A DNA stretch of 62,412 nucleotides, filler included, from Pirum gemmata (lineage: Eukaryota), in NCBI GenBank assembly GCA_002812295.1. It is 29 parts of 29 records of this genome, joined end to end, with 100 filler letters (N's around TTAATTAATTAA, not from the genome) between each part and the next. Parts side by side here need not be neighbours in the genome. Positions count along the whole stretch, not along the records: positions 1 to 1,915 come from PDIN01010148.1; positions 2,016 to 3,809 come from PDIN01010149.1; positions 3,910 to 5,840 come from PDIN01010150.1; positions 5,941 to 7,853 come from PDIN01010151.1; positions 7,954 to 9,884 come from PDIN01010152.1; positions 9,985 to 11,899 come from PDIN01010153.1; 23 more parts are not named here. One strand, given 5' to 3'. The notes under the pieces are model-generated. The model was not told the DNA's origin, searched no databases, and saw only the letters and a list, made by a program, of their open reading frames with translations. The first letter of the stretch is position 1. The number at the start of each line of letters is the position of its first letter. Positions 1-11,999 of this stretch are shown one piece after another. The position numbers and the translations under genes were made by a program.

Positions 1-53
1 AATAATAATAATAATACGAGTGAAGAGGGCAGAAATAGAACCAAGAAAATTTA

Positions 54-1676
54 ATGTTGAAATTACTAGCGATTGCCTGGGCAAGTGCCCTAGCCTTATT
101 TTTACTTAGTTTTAGTAAAGCAAAAGCAGCTGCAACAGAGGATGAAAGTTTGCTGAACAACATTGGAGTCATTAATGGTATGTTTGATATCATTGAGAAA
201 AACTTTAATAATCTGACGGATGGGACAAATTTTTTGCCGAATTTTCAAGCGCTAAAATCTTATGAGATTTGTCCCAAAATTGTTAAAAACGGTAAGATTT
301 CCAACGAAACTGTCAGTGAAATATTGAAATATCTTGGTTTTGAAATTGTTAGTAATGATTGTGTTGGAGACGAAAAAATCAAATCTACTTGCAAAGCCGT
401 TCAAGCTACTATCTTTTCGTTTATAGAAATGCGAGATACTTATCCTCAAGGCCCCGCTTGGGCTAAGGCCTTCATGGTTAATTGGGATACTGCAGATCCA
501 AATGTTATTGATAGTTGCTTGCCAGGTTCTTATGGCCCTGTCAATACCAGTGGAAAATTGCCAACAGCTGAATTGATAAATGGCAATGGGTGTAATGCGT
601 ATGCGATGTGTGATATTATCATTACGGTTTTGACTCAATCCAATGATCAATCTTCCACGGGTACCTGTGCTCCAAGTGCTGTATTGGCTTCTTTAAGTTA
701 TTTGAAACCTGTTGATGCTTTGAAAATAGCTACGTCTATTGTATGGACCGGGATTCCATACAGACCAAGTACGCCTGTGTTAATAGAGAAAACCTGTCCT
801 TTATTCTATGAATTGCAGCCGGGTCTTGTTCCTATCGAAAAGTCTGACGTGGATTGTAGTAAAGCACCCAATCCAAATGACTGTAAAGCGTCACAGGCAA
901 ATACTAAACCTATTCAAATTCCTTTTCAAAGTGTGTTTGTAAATACCATGCACTCTATATATTATACACACCTTACTGAAGGCCAATGCGGTAACTATGT
1001 TATTCCTTTAGGTTACAGTGGTGAGACGCCTGAAGAAAAAGCCTATCGGGGAAATCTTGAGGGTGCATACCCAAGGCAAATATTATATTGGTTACAAAGT
1101 GTTTACGGAGAATTTTCTGATTACGTATTTAAAGCACTTTTTAACATGGATGTTCGGTACCCCCCCCCGGCTTCAAACTATTCCTCAGTTCAAAACATGA
1201 CCAACGAAACTTTTTATGAGTATTATATTGGTTTGAATTTAACAAATGTTGATCTAATGGATGACGAAAAAGGTATTATAAACCCCAGAGTACAATATTA
1301 TTTAGATAGGTATAATATCTCAGAAATGGAAATGTTTGTTAACTTAGGTGTCAACCCTGTTTTTACCGAAGAGCTTCTAAGAGAAAGTTGCAAATTCCAA
1401 TCTATTTTAATTATCAATTCGAACGGGTTAATGGAAAACTCCAACCTTACCAATCCTACTACACTAGAGGCTTATGTAAAACTTAACAAACCAAATGTAT
1501 GTAACCATGCAGTATTTTTACAAACATGTGATTTTGATAACAATGTTTTTACCCTTTGGAGCTGGGATACCAATTTTTTTGTAACTAAGGAACTCTTAGT
1601 TAGTCAGCTTATCAATAACACAGCGTATACTAATGGAATGATTTGTAGTACCCAAACAATCGTGCCGAAGAAGTAG
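54..1676 (+). CDS. Secreted Cys-rich protein, possible clan CA (papain-fold) cysteine peptidase
   Basis: Intronless 540-aa ORF, GC above flanks, N-terminal signal peptide, many Cys and N-x-S/T sites. Motifs QSSTGTCAPSA, CNHAVFL and TLWSWD occur in the papain order (Q..C / H / NSWG-like). Confidence 0.75.
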   Translation: MLKLLAIAWASALALFLLSFSKAKAAATEDESLLNNIGVINGMFDIIEKNFNNLTDGTNFLPNFQALKSYEICPKIVKNGKISNETVSEILKYLGFEIVSNDCVGDEKIKSTCKAVQATIFSFIEMRDTYPQGPAWAKAFMVNWDTADPNVIDSCLPGSYGPVNTSGKLPTAELINGNGCNAYAMCDIIITVLTQSNDQSSTGTCAPSAVLASLSYLKPVDALKIATSIVWTGIPYRPSTPVLIEKTCPLFYELQPGLVPIEKSDVDCSKAPNPNDCKASQANTKPIQIPFQSVFVNTMHSIYYTHLTEGQCGNYVIPLGYSGETPEEKAYRGNLEGAYPRQILYWLQSVYGEFSDYVFKALFNMDVRYPPPASNYSSVQNMTNETFYEYYIGLNLTNVDLMDDEKGIINPRVQYYLDRYNISEMEMFVNLGVNPVFTEELLRESCKFQSILIINSNGLMENSNLTNPTTLEAYVKLNKPNVCNHAVFLQTCDFDNNVFTLWSWDTNFFVTKELLVSQLINNTAYTNGMICSTQTIVPKK

Positions 1677-1915
1677 CCATGATCATATATTATGTAATTA
1701 TTATATCTACATTATATCCATGATCATTCAGTTTTTTGAAAGTCCTTTAAGTATATAATTATAAGTATTATATATACACAATGTAGATATAATTATATAT
1801 TAATATATGTATATAATATTATATACCATTATATATAGTTTAATATAATAATATATTATTATGCATATTATAATATATATTATATTATTTATAAATAATA
1901 TTATCGTGCTTTTCA

Positions 1916-2015
1916 NNNNNNNNNNNNNNNNNNNNNNNNNNNNNNNNNNNNNNNNNNNNTTAATTAATTAANNNNNNNNNNNNNNNNNNNNNNNNNNNNN
2001 NNNNNNNNNNNNNNN
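1916..2015. other. Artificial scaffold-joining linker (first of 28)
   Basis: N44-TTAATTAATTAA-N44, 100 bp, recurring about every 2 kb (core at 1960, 3854, 5885, 7898 ... 60492). The 12-mer puts stop codons in all six frames. Confidence 0.97.
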
Positions 2016-2355
2016 ATTATTATTATTATTTCATTGTTCGTTTTGGTATCATTATTGTTGTTAATGTTTTTATGTCGTATTAATAATTAATATAAGTGTC
2101 ATTTTATTACAGTTACATGATAATTATCATTAACATTTTGCTATTACTAATTATTATCATTAATTACCTTATAATTTTTTTTCTTATTACAAATATGATT
2201 ATTATTATTATCAGTGTTCTTCATTATCAAATACCATTATAATCATTTTCTAAATACCTTGCCATTTACTCTGATGTATGTTAAAACTGTTATCAGGATC
2301 GTTTTCATTATTTGCCGTCATAATTTATTTTTCTAATACTTACCTTATCTATTAG

Positions 2356-3103
2356 GAACTTTGCACCACTTAACAGTGGCTTCAAATTATAGGATTAGTG
2401 TCTTAGAAACGTTAAAATTGTGCGACTATTCTAAAGGTATGAATCTTCCTTACCTTACCTACCTTACTTTACTCTGCATTATTTACTTGCTTGCTTGTTT
2501 GTTTGTTTGTTTGTTTGTTTGTTTGTTTGTTTGTTTGTTTGTTTGTTTGTTTGTTTGTTTGTTTGTTTGTTTGTTTGTTTGTTTGTTGTGTGTTGGTATG
2601 TATGTATGTATGTTTGTTTGTTTGTTTGTTGGTATGTATGTATGTTTGTTTGTTTGGATATATAAATAGCTATTAAAACAAATTTCAGTTTCATTATTAG
2701 CCCTAAACCATTCAATAAATATGTTTGCGTTTGTGTTTGTGTTTGTGTTTGTTTGTTTGTGTTTTGTTTGTTTTTGTTTGTTTGTTTGTGTTTGTTTGTT
2801 TGTGTTTCTTTTGCCAAGCATTGTTTGGTCGTTTGTTTTTTTGCTTTTCTCTTTGTCGAGTATCATAGGTAATTAGTGTCACAATCGTCCGTACGATCAG
2901 TGTTACCGTTTTTTTTCATGCATATTGTTATTATCACTATCTCTAAACTTACTATTATTTTCACCTCCATCATCAACAACAAAGTCTTCGACTTTTTACC
3001 CTGTCTCCCCGCTTTTTTTTATTTTTTATTTATTTGTTTATTGTAGATAAAGCTGGTGTGAGAGGAATACCTATAAACTTAGGCGATTTTTTAACGGCCC
3101 GAG
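2356..3103 (+). CDS. Probable internal exons of an unidentified gene (2356-2436 and 3047-3103)
   Basis: Two AG..GT-bounded open segments of 81 and 57 nt, both phase 1-1 (TLHHLTVASNYRISVLETLKLCDYSK; DKAGVRGIPINLGDFLTAR), embedded in microsatellite-rich DNA. Confidence 0.4.
2490..2810. repeat. (GTTT)n/(GTAT)n microsatellite
   Basis: Directly visible tetranucleotide tracts. Confidence 0.9.
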
Positions 3104-3159
3104 GTATATACTACTATTGTTATACTATCATTATCACATTTCTTACCCCCACTATAACC

Positions 3160-3809
<650 letters not shown>

Positions 3810-4005
3810 NNNNNNNNNNNNNNNNNNNNNNNNNNNNNNNNNNNNNNNNNNNNTTAATTAATTAANNNNNNNNNNNNNNNNNNNNNNNNNNNNNNNNNNN
3901 NNNNNNNNNATTATTATGTATTATTATTATAATATTATTATCTTTACTATTATTATTATCAATTCAGAAAATTTTATTATTACTATTACTAATTACAGTT
4001 AAAAA

Positions 4006-5565
4006 CTAAAACAAAAGTTTAACGAAGTATAAGTTCAAAATCAATAAAACAGATCCACAAAGTGTGTTAGCATCATTACCACCATTACCACCATTACCAC
4101 CATTGTTACCCTTGCTACCTCCCCCCGGACACTTGAACCAGCCTGTGGTAGGATCGACAGGTTCATTTTTCAAACAGTCATTACATTGCCCAAAACATGT
4201 AAACATTTCCTGCCCTATATTTTTCTTTAAAGTACTTGACCAAATTAGATCTGCATTTAACCCGACACCCACGGCACCCGTTGTACCGGTGGGGCCAAGT
4301 GGGCCAAGAAGTTTTCCTTTATAGTTTTGATCAAACTTATGCATTTTAATATTATCTTGATTTAAAGCTACATACGTCACGTTAGGATTGTTATCAAGAA
4401 AAGTGGGTGGAAATACAAAAAAAGGATTATGTGATAGTTCAATTCTGTTTAAATTCACATTCTTATTAATTAATGAAGCTGGAATTACACTCATGCTAAT
4501 ATTATTTAATTGAATTTCAGTCAAGGCAGTATTAGTGTGGAACAAATTGTTTGAAATTGAATTTAATTGTGGACTATGGTTGATAAACACAGTTGTCAGG
4601 GCAACATTGGTGTTAAATAAACTACCAGGAATAGATGTAAGTTCACTATTTCCCACAACCTCCACGGTTCTCAGAGCAATATTATTGGCAAATAAGTCAC
4701 CAGGAATGGAGGCAAGTTTAGCATTCTTATTCAGCTTTATACTTTCTAAGTTTATATTTTGAGCAAACAAATTACTGCGTAACGATGTTAGTGCACTTTC
4801 TGTAATCGTTACTTCTTTTAAAGCAATAAGGTTGTTTAGAAAACCATCGGAAAGTTGAGCCATGTTTGTACTTTCAATGAAAAGTCCGGTTAATTTAGAT
4901 TTCCCATTAAAAATGTTGGATTTAATAGTATCAACACCTCTTATTTTTAAATTTTCTAACTCAGAACAGTCTGGTAGACTTGAAGAAAACTCTAAAGAAG
5001 GTATTTTATAATTAATATTAGCAAAATGCTTAAGCATTTTTTTACCTTTAAGCATTTTATCGATGGCCACGCTATCAAAAGCGGTACCTTTTACATCAGT
5101 AATCGAAAGAAATTCCAAATCATTGCTTTTTATAAAATTCTCATCAACTGAATCTATTGTAACAGAATTTAGAGTCAAGCTTTGTAACATTGTATTTGTA
5201 ACAAAAGCGTTGTTTTTCAAAGATACATTACCACCATTAACTTCAATACTTTTAATACCGGTAAGTGGTTCAAAAAGCTTATCGGGAATCTGAACACCAT
5301 TACAGTTTTTAAAAACTAAATTTGTTAATCTCGGGAACCTATCAAAGGCTTTGGGGTCAATAGAAGTGTATTCTTGCGATGTAATCGCGAAGAAATCGCA
5401 ATCCACTAGGATACTTGTAATTGTGGCTGTTGGACAGTCAGGCAAAGAATCAGATTGGACGCGCTTTAACACTCCATTACTGAGTACATGGCAATCATTC
5501 GCTGCATTTACTAATACTGTTGAAATGCTTAACCCCAAAGCAATCGTAATGGTAGAAAACTTCAT
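4006..5565 (-). CDS. Leucine-rich-repeat cell-surface protein, probably GPI-anchored
   Basis: 519 aa: signal peptide, N-terminal Cys, ~24-25 aa LRRs (LxxIPxxLFxxNxxLxxIxLxxN), C-terminal Cys cluster, GGN linker and hydrophobic tail. Confidence 0.88.
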   Translation of the reverse strand: MKFSTITIALGLSISTVLVNAANDCHVLSNGVLKRVQSDSLPDCPTATITSILVDCDFFAITSQEYTSIDPKAFDRFPRLTNLVFKNCNGVQIPDKLFEPLTGIKSIEVNGGNVSLKNNAFVTNTMLQSLTLNSVTIDSVDENFIKSNDLEFLSITDVKGTAFDSVAIDKMLKGKKMLKHFANINYKIPSLEFSSSLPDCSELENLKIRGVDTIKSNIFNGKSKLTGLFIESTNMAQLSDGFLNNLIALKEVTITESALTSLRSNLFAQNINLESIKLNKNAKLASIPGDLFANNIALRTVEVVGNSELTSIPGSLFNTNVALTTVFINHSPQLNSISNNLFHTNTALTEIQLNNISMSVIPASLINKNVNLNRIELSHNPFFVFPPTFLDNNPNVTYVALNQDNIKMHKFDQNYKGKLLGPLGPTGTTGAVGVGLNADLIWSSTLKKNIGQEMFTCFGQCNDCLKNEPVDPTTGWFKCPGGGSKGNNGGNGGNGGNDANTLCGSVLLILNLYFVKLLF

Positions 5566-5614
5566 TTTATTTATTATATTTATTTATTTATTAATTTATT
5601 AATTTATTTTAATT

Positions 5615-5657
<43 letters not shown>

Positions 5658-6391
5658 TTGATTAAATAAATTTTATTTATTTATTTATTTATTTTGTTTG
5701 TTTATTTATTTATTTGTCTACATAAAATTTATTTATTTATTATTTTTTTATTTTTTTTTTATTTTTTTTATTTCACTTTTTATTTTATTTTTGCCACTTT
5801 TATATTATAATTATTGTCAAAAAAAAAAACTATCATATTANNNNNNNNNNNNNNNNNNNNNNNNNNNNNNNNNNNNNNNNNNNNTTAATTAATTAANNNN
5901 NNNNNNNNNNNNNNNNNNNNNNNNNNNNNNNNNNNNNNNNGAGAAAAAAAAAAAACACTAGTCTAGCCTCAGCTCTAACTTTTTTCAACTTTTTTTCGTT
6001 TTTTACCCATCTGACCCTAAAAAACCCCAACTAACAAAAATGAGTGAAAAAAAAAATGGCACATATTTGTCCCTGATCGAAAAATTCAAATCATATTGTT
6101 AATTAGCTTTGATATTAAATATTTGGATTTTTCGAACATTATGAAAAATGATAATCAAAGTATATTACATAAATATAATATATATTCTAACCTTTTTTTT
6201 TAGGAGGAAGCCTTTTTTTTATGGTTAGAATTATTTTAGTTTTCTGAGGATAAAAGGAAGAGAAATTATAATTTTACCCTTTTTAAGTTGGATGGGTTTA
6301 ACTGTGTGAACCATTTGCTGGGATGGGTGACACTAGTAGCTAGCTAGCAAAATTTTATAAATAATTATTTTGAAATGGTAAAAAATAATAG

Positions 6392-6394
6392 ATC

Positions 6395-6447
<53 letters not shown>

Positions 6448-7853
6448 CAACAACATCAACAACAATAATAATGATATCAGTGATAGTAAAAAGAAAAAAG
6501 GACATACAAAAATAAAAATCAATTGTAGTGATAACGATAATGACCCCGTCCGTAATGATGATAATACTGCGTCTAGTAGTAATGCAAATGCTAAAAAGGC
6601 GAGAGTGACTTTTTCAAATATCAGTAATAATAACAAAGATAACATAGAAACAAAAGGTAAAAGGAAAAGAGGACGAAAAAAGAAAAAAATTAATTACAGT
6701 GAATTTCAATATGGCGACAGTGGCTTCGTTTATAGTGATCATGATTATAACATCGATAATAATAATGTTAATAACGACGCAGACAATGAGAAGTATGACG
6801 TTATTAATGAGAATGAAAACAACAATGCTATAAAACAAAGTTATGAAATCACAAACCAACCAATGGCAAACATAAACATTGAAGAAGAGGAAAAAGAGGA
6901 ATATATTTTTGGAAATTACAATAACAAATTATTTAAAAATCCAACTTCATTTAACCCTTATCACAACCCTATTAAGAAAAAAGAGAGAGATTGTAGGAAA
7001 AAGCAGAAATTTAATTTTTTTGATTTTCGAAATTTTGAAAAAAACAAAAACAAAAACACCAAAAAGAACAAAGTTTTTATTATTTTGGAAAATGGGTGCA
7101 AAGCTTATAGAGCTTATGTTAGTGCACGTATTGGCGATGTTAAACCAGGTTTTATACAGCGTACTGCTTTGAGAATAGTGGACTGGACTTATGATAAAAC
7201 TTATAATAGAGTTAGGTATAATGATAATAGTTATGGCATTGGTAAAGATAACGATATTTTTGATGCTGATTACGATGATGATGAGGAAAAGGATGGTGAT
7301 GGTGATGGTGATGGTGATGTTGATGTTGATGTTGATGGTGATGGTGATGGTGATGGTGACGGTGATGGTGATGGTGATGGTGATGGTGATGGTGTTGGTG
7401 TTGGTGTTGGTGGTGTTGGTGTTGGTGTTGGTAATGGTGATGGTGGAGATAATAATGAAGTGGAAAGTATAGGCGGACTTAAAGATAATGTTAATTGTAT
7501 TCATAATAATAATAACGATGATAATAATAATGATAAAAGCACACCTTCCGACCCCATCTCTAGTGGTAGCGGTATGGGAGTAGACCAAAATGAAATGGAG
7601 ATAAAGAAAAGCCCAGAAAATGCCGTTGCCATGGCAACGAGTAAAGAACAACAAAATAAATCAGAAATGATTGGATTTGGTAATGATGAAATGGAAGTCG
7701 ATCAAAAACTAAATGCTGATAAATCCGAGGCGTTTGTAAAGCACGTGCACCAGGAAGAAAGAGAAGGACTAAGTGTTGGGCAAGAGGTTGGTGAGATTGG
7801 GGAGAATGAGAGCTTTAGCCATTGTAATACAAGTTGCAATAATAATAATAATA
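6392..7853 (+). CDS. Low-complexity Asn/Asp/Gly-rich protein exon, function unknown, 3'-truncated
   Basis: The frame of ORF 6605 stays open upstream to an AG at 6390-6391 and runs to the scaffold end (~485 codons). Contains a basic NLS-like stretch (KGKRKRGRKKKK), DG repeats and one globular-looking segment (VFIILENGCKAYRAYVSARIG...). Confidence 0.55.
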
Positions 7854-7973
7854 NNNNNNNNNNNNNNNNNNNNNNNNNNNNNNNNNNNNNNNNNNNNTTA
7901 ATTAATTAANNNNNNNNNNNNNNNNNNNNNNNNNNNNNNNNNNNNNNNNNNNNTATTTGTAGCACCATCAACG

Positions 7974-8073
<100 letters not shown>

Positions 8074-8248
8074 TCCTAGCACGATAACACGACCAACTCC
8101 ACCTGAGTTCAGTTCTGACCCAAGGAAGTTAAAAAAAAAAAAGAAAATGGATAAAAAAAGATATAAAAGCAATATGAACAACAACCAAAATAACAAAAAT
8201 AATAATTTGAAAAAATATAAGAATAATTGAACAAACAAACAAACAAAA

Positions 8249-9484
8249 ATGCAAATGAATATAAACTTTGGATTGCTTTTATCATCCGCTTTTCTTTACG
8301 AAAGCACTAATACCATGTGGGTAGCCACTTGTCCTCACATTATGAAAAGTCGCCTGGACCCAATTGTGAACCCTGGCGGAGCGTCAGACCATGAACACAT
8401 TATTGCCGGTGGAAGTGGGTTTTCCAATAATATGACTTACGAAAGCACCCAAGCCTCTGATTGTACTTCGTGTAATATACAAGAAGATAAATCCAATTAT
8501 TGGACTCCTTCGATGTATTGGGCATACAAGAAAAATGATAAATTAGTTTATGAACCCTTGGAAGTCTACCGTCCTTTTGGTCAAGTGGTTTATTATAAAT
8601 TTTTTGGTGATCTGGATGTTACCAAAAAAGTTGAGCCTTTCCCAAAAAATTTCCGAATGTTGCGTGGTGGAAAAAATCGTCGCACTTATGATGATGATAA
8701 TGTAGAACAACGTTACATTCGTTATCGTTGTGATGGTAACGGAAAACAATTTAATTTTATACCGAACGGGGAGCATTTAAAGGCTTGCAGACAACTAAGA
8801 GCAGAAATTTTGTTTCCTAGCTGTATTAACAAAGACATGGATTATCAATCTGATCAATCTCATACTGCGTATCCTATTGGAGAAAATGGTATTGGACACG
8901 GCCGATGTCCTGATTCCCATCCTACTAGAATCCCTACTTTATTTTTTGAAACTTACTTTGATGTAAGAAACCCACCGCACCCGGACGCGGAATTAGTTTT
9001 GTCGAATGGTGATACGACTGGTTATTCTTGGCACGGAGATTTCATTAATGGCTGGGATGCTGAGACGTTGGCAGAGGCTGTGAAAAAAGATAAGTGTGGT
9101 AGTGAAATTGGTGATGTTGGTTCGTGTGGTCTGGAAGGAGTGTTTAATAAATTAAAAAAGGGTATAGCGGAGAAAAATTATACTTGCGATTATGTTGATA
9201 ATGCTGTTGACCCTGATGGTTTTGAATTTGCAAAAGGTTATTTGTCTGTAAATACTGAGCCATTAGAGGTATTGCCTGGTAATAGAACAGCTGACGTGAC
9301 AAACAGACACCCACTCGGTACTCTTATTTTTGATGCTTTAGGTAAAGTTAGAGAAGAGGATGCTAATACTTGTCATGCGGTTTGTTCTGGGAACAGGGAT
9401 ACTGAATATGTTGTAGTTGGTACTAAGTTCTATAATCATGGTCCACGATGCGAGAAAACTTGTATTCCTGGTGTTAGTATATAA
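8249..9484 (+). CDS. Secreted DUF1996-domain protein
   Basis: Family motifs RLDPIVNPG..SDHEH.IAGG, CTSC...EDKSNYWTP, FP.NFRML.G, FPSC, CP.SHP...P.LFFE and GDTTGYSWHGDFINGWD; hydrophobic N-terminus. Confidence 0.92.
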   Translation: MQMNINFGLLLSSAFLYESTNTMWVATCPHIMKSRLDPIVNPGGASDHEHIIAGGSGFSNNMTYESTQASDCTSCNIQEDKSNYWTPSMYWAYKKNDKLVYEPLEVYRPFGQVVYYKFFGDLDVTKKVEPFPKNFRMLRGGKNRRTYDDDNVEQRYIRYRCDGNGKQFNFIPNGEHLKACRQLRAEILFPSCINKDMDYQSDQSHTAYPIGENGIGHGRCPDSHPTRIPTLFFETYFDVRNPPHPDAELVLSNGDTTGYSWHGDFINGWDAETLAEAVKKDKCGSEIGDVGSCGLEGVFNKLKKGIAEKNYTCDYVDNAVDPDGFEFAKGYLSVNTEPLEVLPGNRTADVTNRHPLGTLIFDALGKVREEDANTCHAVCSGNRDTEYVVVGTKFYNHGPRCEKTCIPGVSI

Positions 9485-10082
9485 ATTCTGTTCTTATTTA
9501 TATTATTATATTTATAGAAATAAATGTATGTAAAAGCTATGTAAAAGCCTATTGTAATTAGGTATTTTTTTATTGTTATTGTCAAGTTTCATTTATTATG
9601 ATCACAAACCTTTTATATGGTGGTATGATAAGATTTTTTTGATCAGAATATATTAACAATTTATTGTACAAAAATTGGTTTGAAATTTAAAGATAACATG
9701 TTTTTTTTTCCTCGTAACACTTATGCTAAGTTTCGGATTATGTTGGAAGAATATTTCCAAATATATTTAATTTAGAAATGTTTAATTTCACGTCTCATTC
9801 TTTACGACATGGGTTAGCTGCAGCTGTTCAATCATTTCTTAACTATCAGAATAATATTATATTGAAATTTGCAGCTATAACAATNNNNNNNNNNNNNNNN
9901 NNNNNNNNNNNNNNNNNNNNNNNNNNNNTTAATTAATTAANNNNNNNNNNNNNNNNNNNNNNNNNNNNNNNNNNNNNNNNNNNNAATAATAATAATAATC
10001 TATAACATAACATGACCTGGGCATATATTATAACATGACCTTGGATTATTAAAAAATAAAAAAATAAAAATGAAAAATAAAA

Positions 10083-10113
<31 letters not shown>

Positions 10114-11034
10114 TGACATAATGACGTCATTTACTAATATGAGAAAATTCAGACATACAGGGCCATAATTTACCCTATATTATTACTAGGGTGAATATAT
10201 AGAAAAAAGGTTACCATATAAGGGAATAGAGAAAATAGGGCCATGTGGTGAAATCTCAATGGGCTGACCGCGTGGCAATATGATTGGTTGATTGGATATA
10301 CATTTATTCTCGAAACTATTATTTTATGTCGAGCTTATTTGTTTAGCTATGATTGAATTAAGTTTAAGTGTATGATTTTATTGTTTGGTATTATACAAAT
10401 TGATTATGTAATGATAATTTGTATTTGTAAATGATTATTTAGAATGTTCCTGAAAATTGTGGATAATGTATTAGTTTTCAGAAAGGTATATAAGCAGAGT
10501 GTAAAGCTTATGTGTGTATGAGAAAAATGATGGGACAAATTGGTGGAGGAGCAGGGCAAAGAGAAAGCGATTATGTACAAATATTTAGGATGTGAATGAA
10601 AACAAATGCGAGAATATCAAGAGGATTACGAAAGCATTCGTTGTTGGTTGTGCTATGCAAAATAGTATGAGGTAGATTGGAGGGCTCCATAGGACGTAGC
10701 TGGCATATATGAGACGTTATAATGCTTAATTTGTATTTGTAAATGATTATTTAGAATGTTCCAGAAAATTGTGGATTATGTAATAATTGGTTTTCAGAAA
10801 GGTATATAAGCAGAATGTAAAGCTTATGTGTGTATGAGAAAAAGAGCATAAATTTATAAAAGTCTAAAATGTTGTAATTGCAGTTTTCTATTATTTAAAC
10901 ATTTAGTTGTTTTTATTTGTTTCAGTTTTTGTTTGTTTTTGTAATTTTTTTTGTTGTTGTTGTTGTTTTTTTGTTTGTTTTTGTTTACGTTTGTTTACTT
11001 TTGTTTGTTTTGCTTTTTTAATCACCCTCCCCCC

Positions 11035-11104
<70 letters not shown>

Positions 11105-11220
11105 CTTTTATCCTTTCACTTTCATCTTTTTGCCTATATTTCCTTCCATATTTCTTTCCTAATTTATAATTTTTTTGTTATCAAGGTTTTTTATTATTAT
11201 TATTTATTTATTTCATCAAT

Positions 11221-11763
11221 TCATTTGGTGAAACTTATTATGTATACCGTATCATGTTCATAGATTGGACAGTAAATTTCCGCAAAGCCATCATCGTCTA
11301 CATCAAGAACAACTTGCTTTCCAATAGTAGCATTACCAATCAACATATCTTCAATTTCATAAGTCCAATCATTACTGTTTTCACTTTTAGGCCTTAATAA
11401 ATATAGTTTCTGGGACCCATCGCCGGAGAGTGAAATGTATGGTTTCGATTTACCAACATTATCACGATGTGGATAAAATATCACTGGATCCCCTGGTGAC
11501 GCTTGTCCAGGGCCAGAGTTTCGAGTAATAAAGCCTTTGTGAAGAATATGTTTTTTCCACTCTGAATTTATGGGGTCCTTTGGGATTTCATAAGCATAAA
11601 CACCAGAAACCTTTTTATCGGGGGAATGATCAGTAACAATTAAATCCCTTTTCCCATCATTATTTATATCTTGAATAGTAACATCAAAAATTGGTCCAAT
11701 AGAATCATCTATGACTTTTTCAACCCATAAACTAGATACATTGTCGAAATAATGATAGGTAAC
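11221..11763 (-). CDS. Terminal exon of an FG-GAP/VCBS-repeat (beta-propeller) protein
   Basis: CAG acceptor at 11764-11766, then 180 open codons to the stop. Contains DINNDGKRDLIVT and DVDDDGFAEIY Ca-binding FG-GAP-type loops. Confidence 0.8.
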   Translation of the reverse strand, partial: VTYHYFDNVSSLWVEKVIDDSIGPIFDVTIQDINNDGKRDLIVTDHSPDKKVSGVYAYEIPKDPINSEWKKHILHKGFITRNSGPGQASPGDPVIFYPHRDNVGKSKPYISLSGDGSQKLYLLRPKSENSNDWTYEIEDMLIGNATIGKQVVLDVDDDGFAEIYCPIYEHDTVYIISFTK

Positions 11764-11999
11764 CTGAAGAATAAAAAGAATTTTAAAAGTTTAAAAAATT
11801 ATGAAAAAAATTATAAATTGGGAAAGAAATATGAAGGAAATATAGGCAAAAAGATGAAATTGAAAGGATAAAAGCACAAAAAAAAAAAACAAAAAAAAAN
11901 NNNNNNNNNNNNNNNNNNNNNNNNNNNNNNNNNNNNNNNNNNNTTAATTAATTAANNNNNNNNNNNNNNNNNNNNNNNNNNNNNNNNNNNNNNNNNNNN

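Noticed and set aside
252..650. Antisense ORFs overlapping real genes (also 4064-5602, 8543-8776, 46100-46306)
   Set aside because: Shadow ORFs of the coding strand with no independent motifs.
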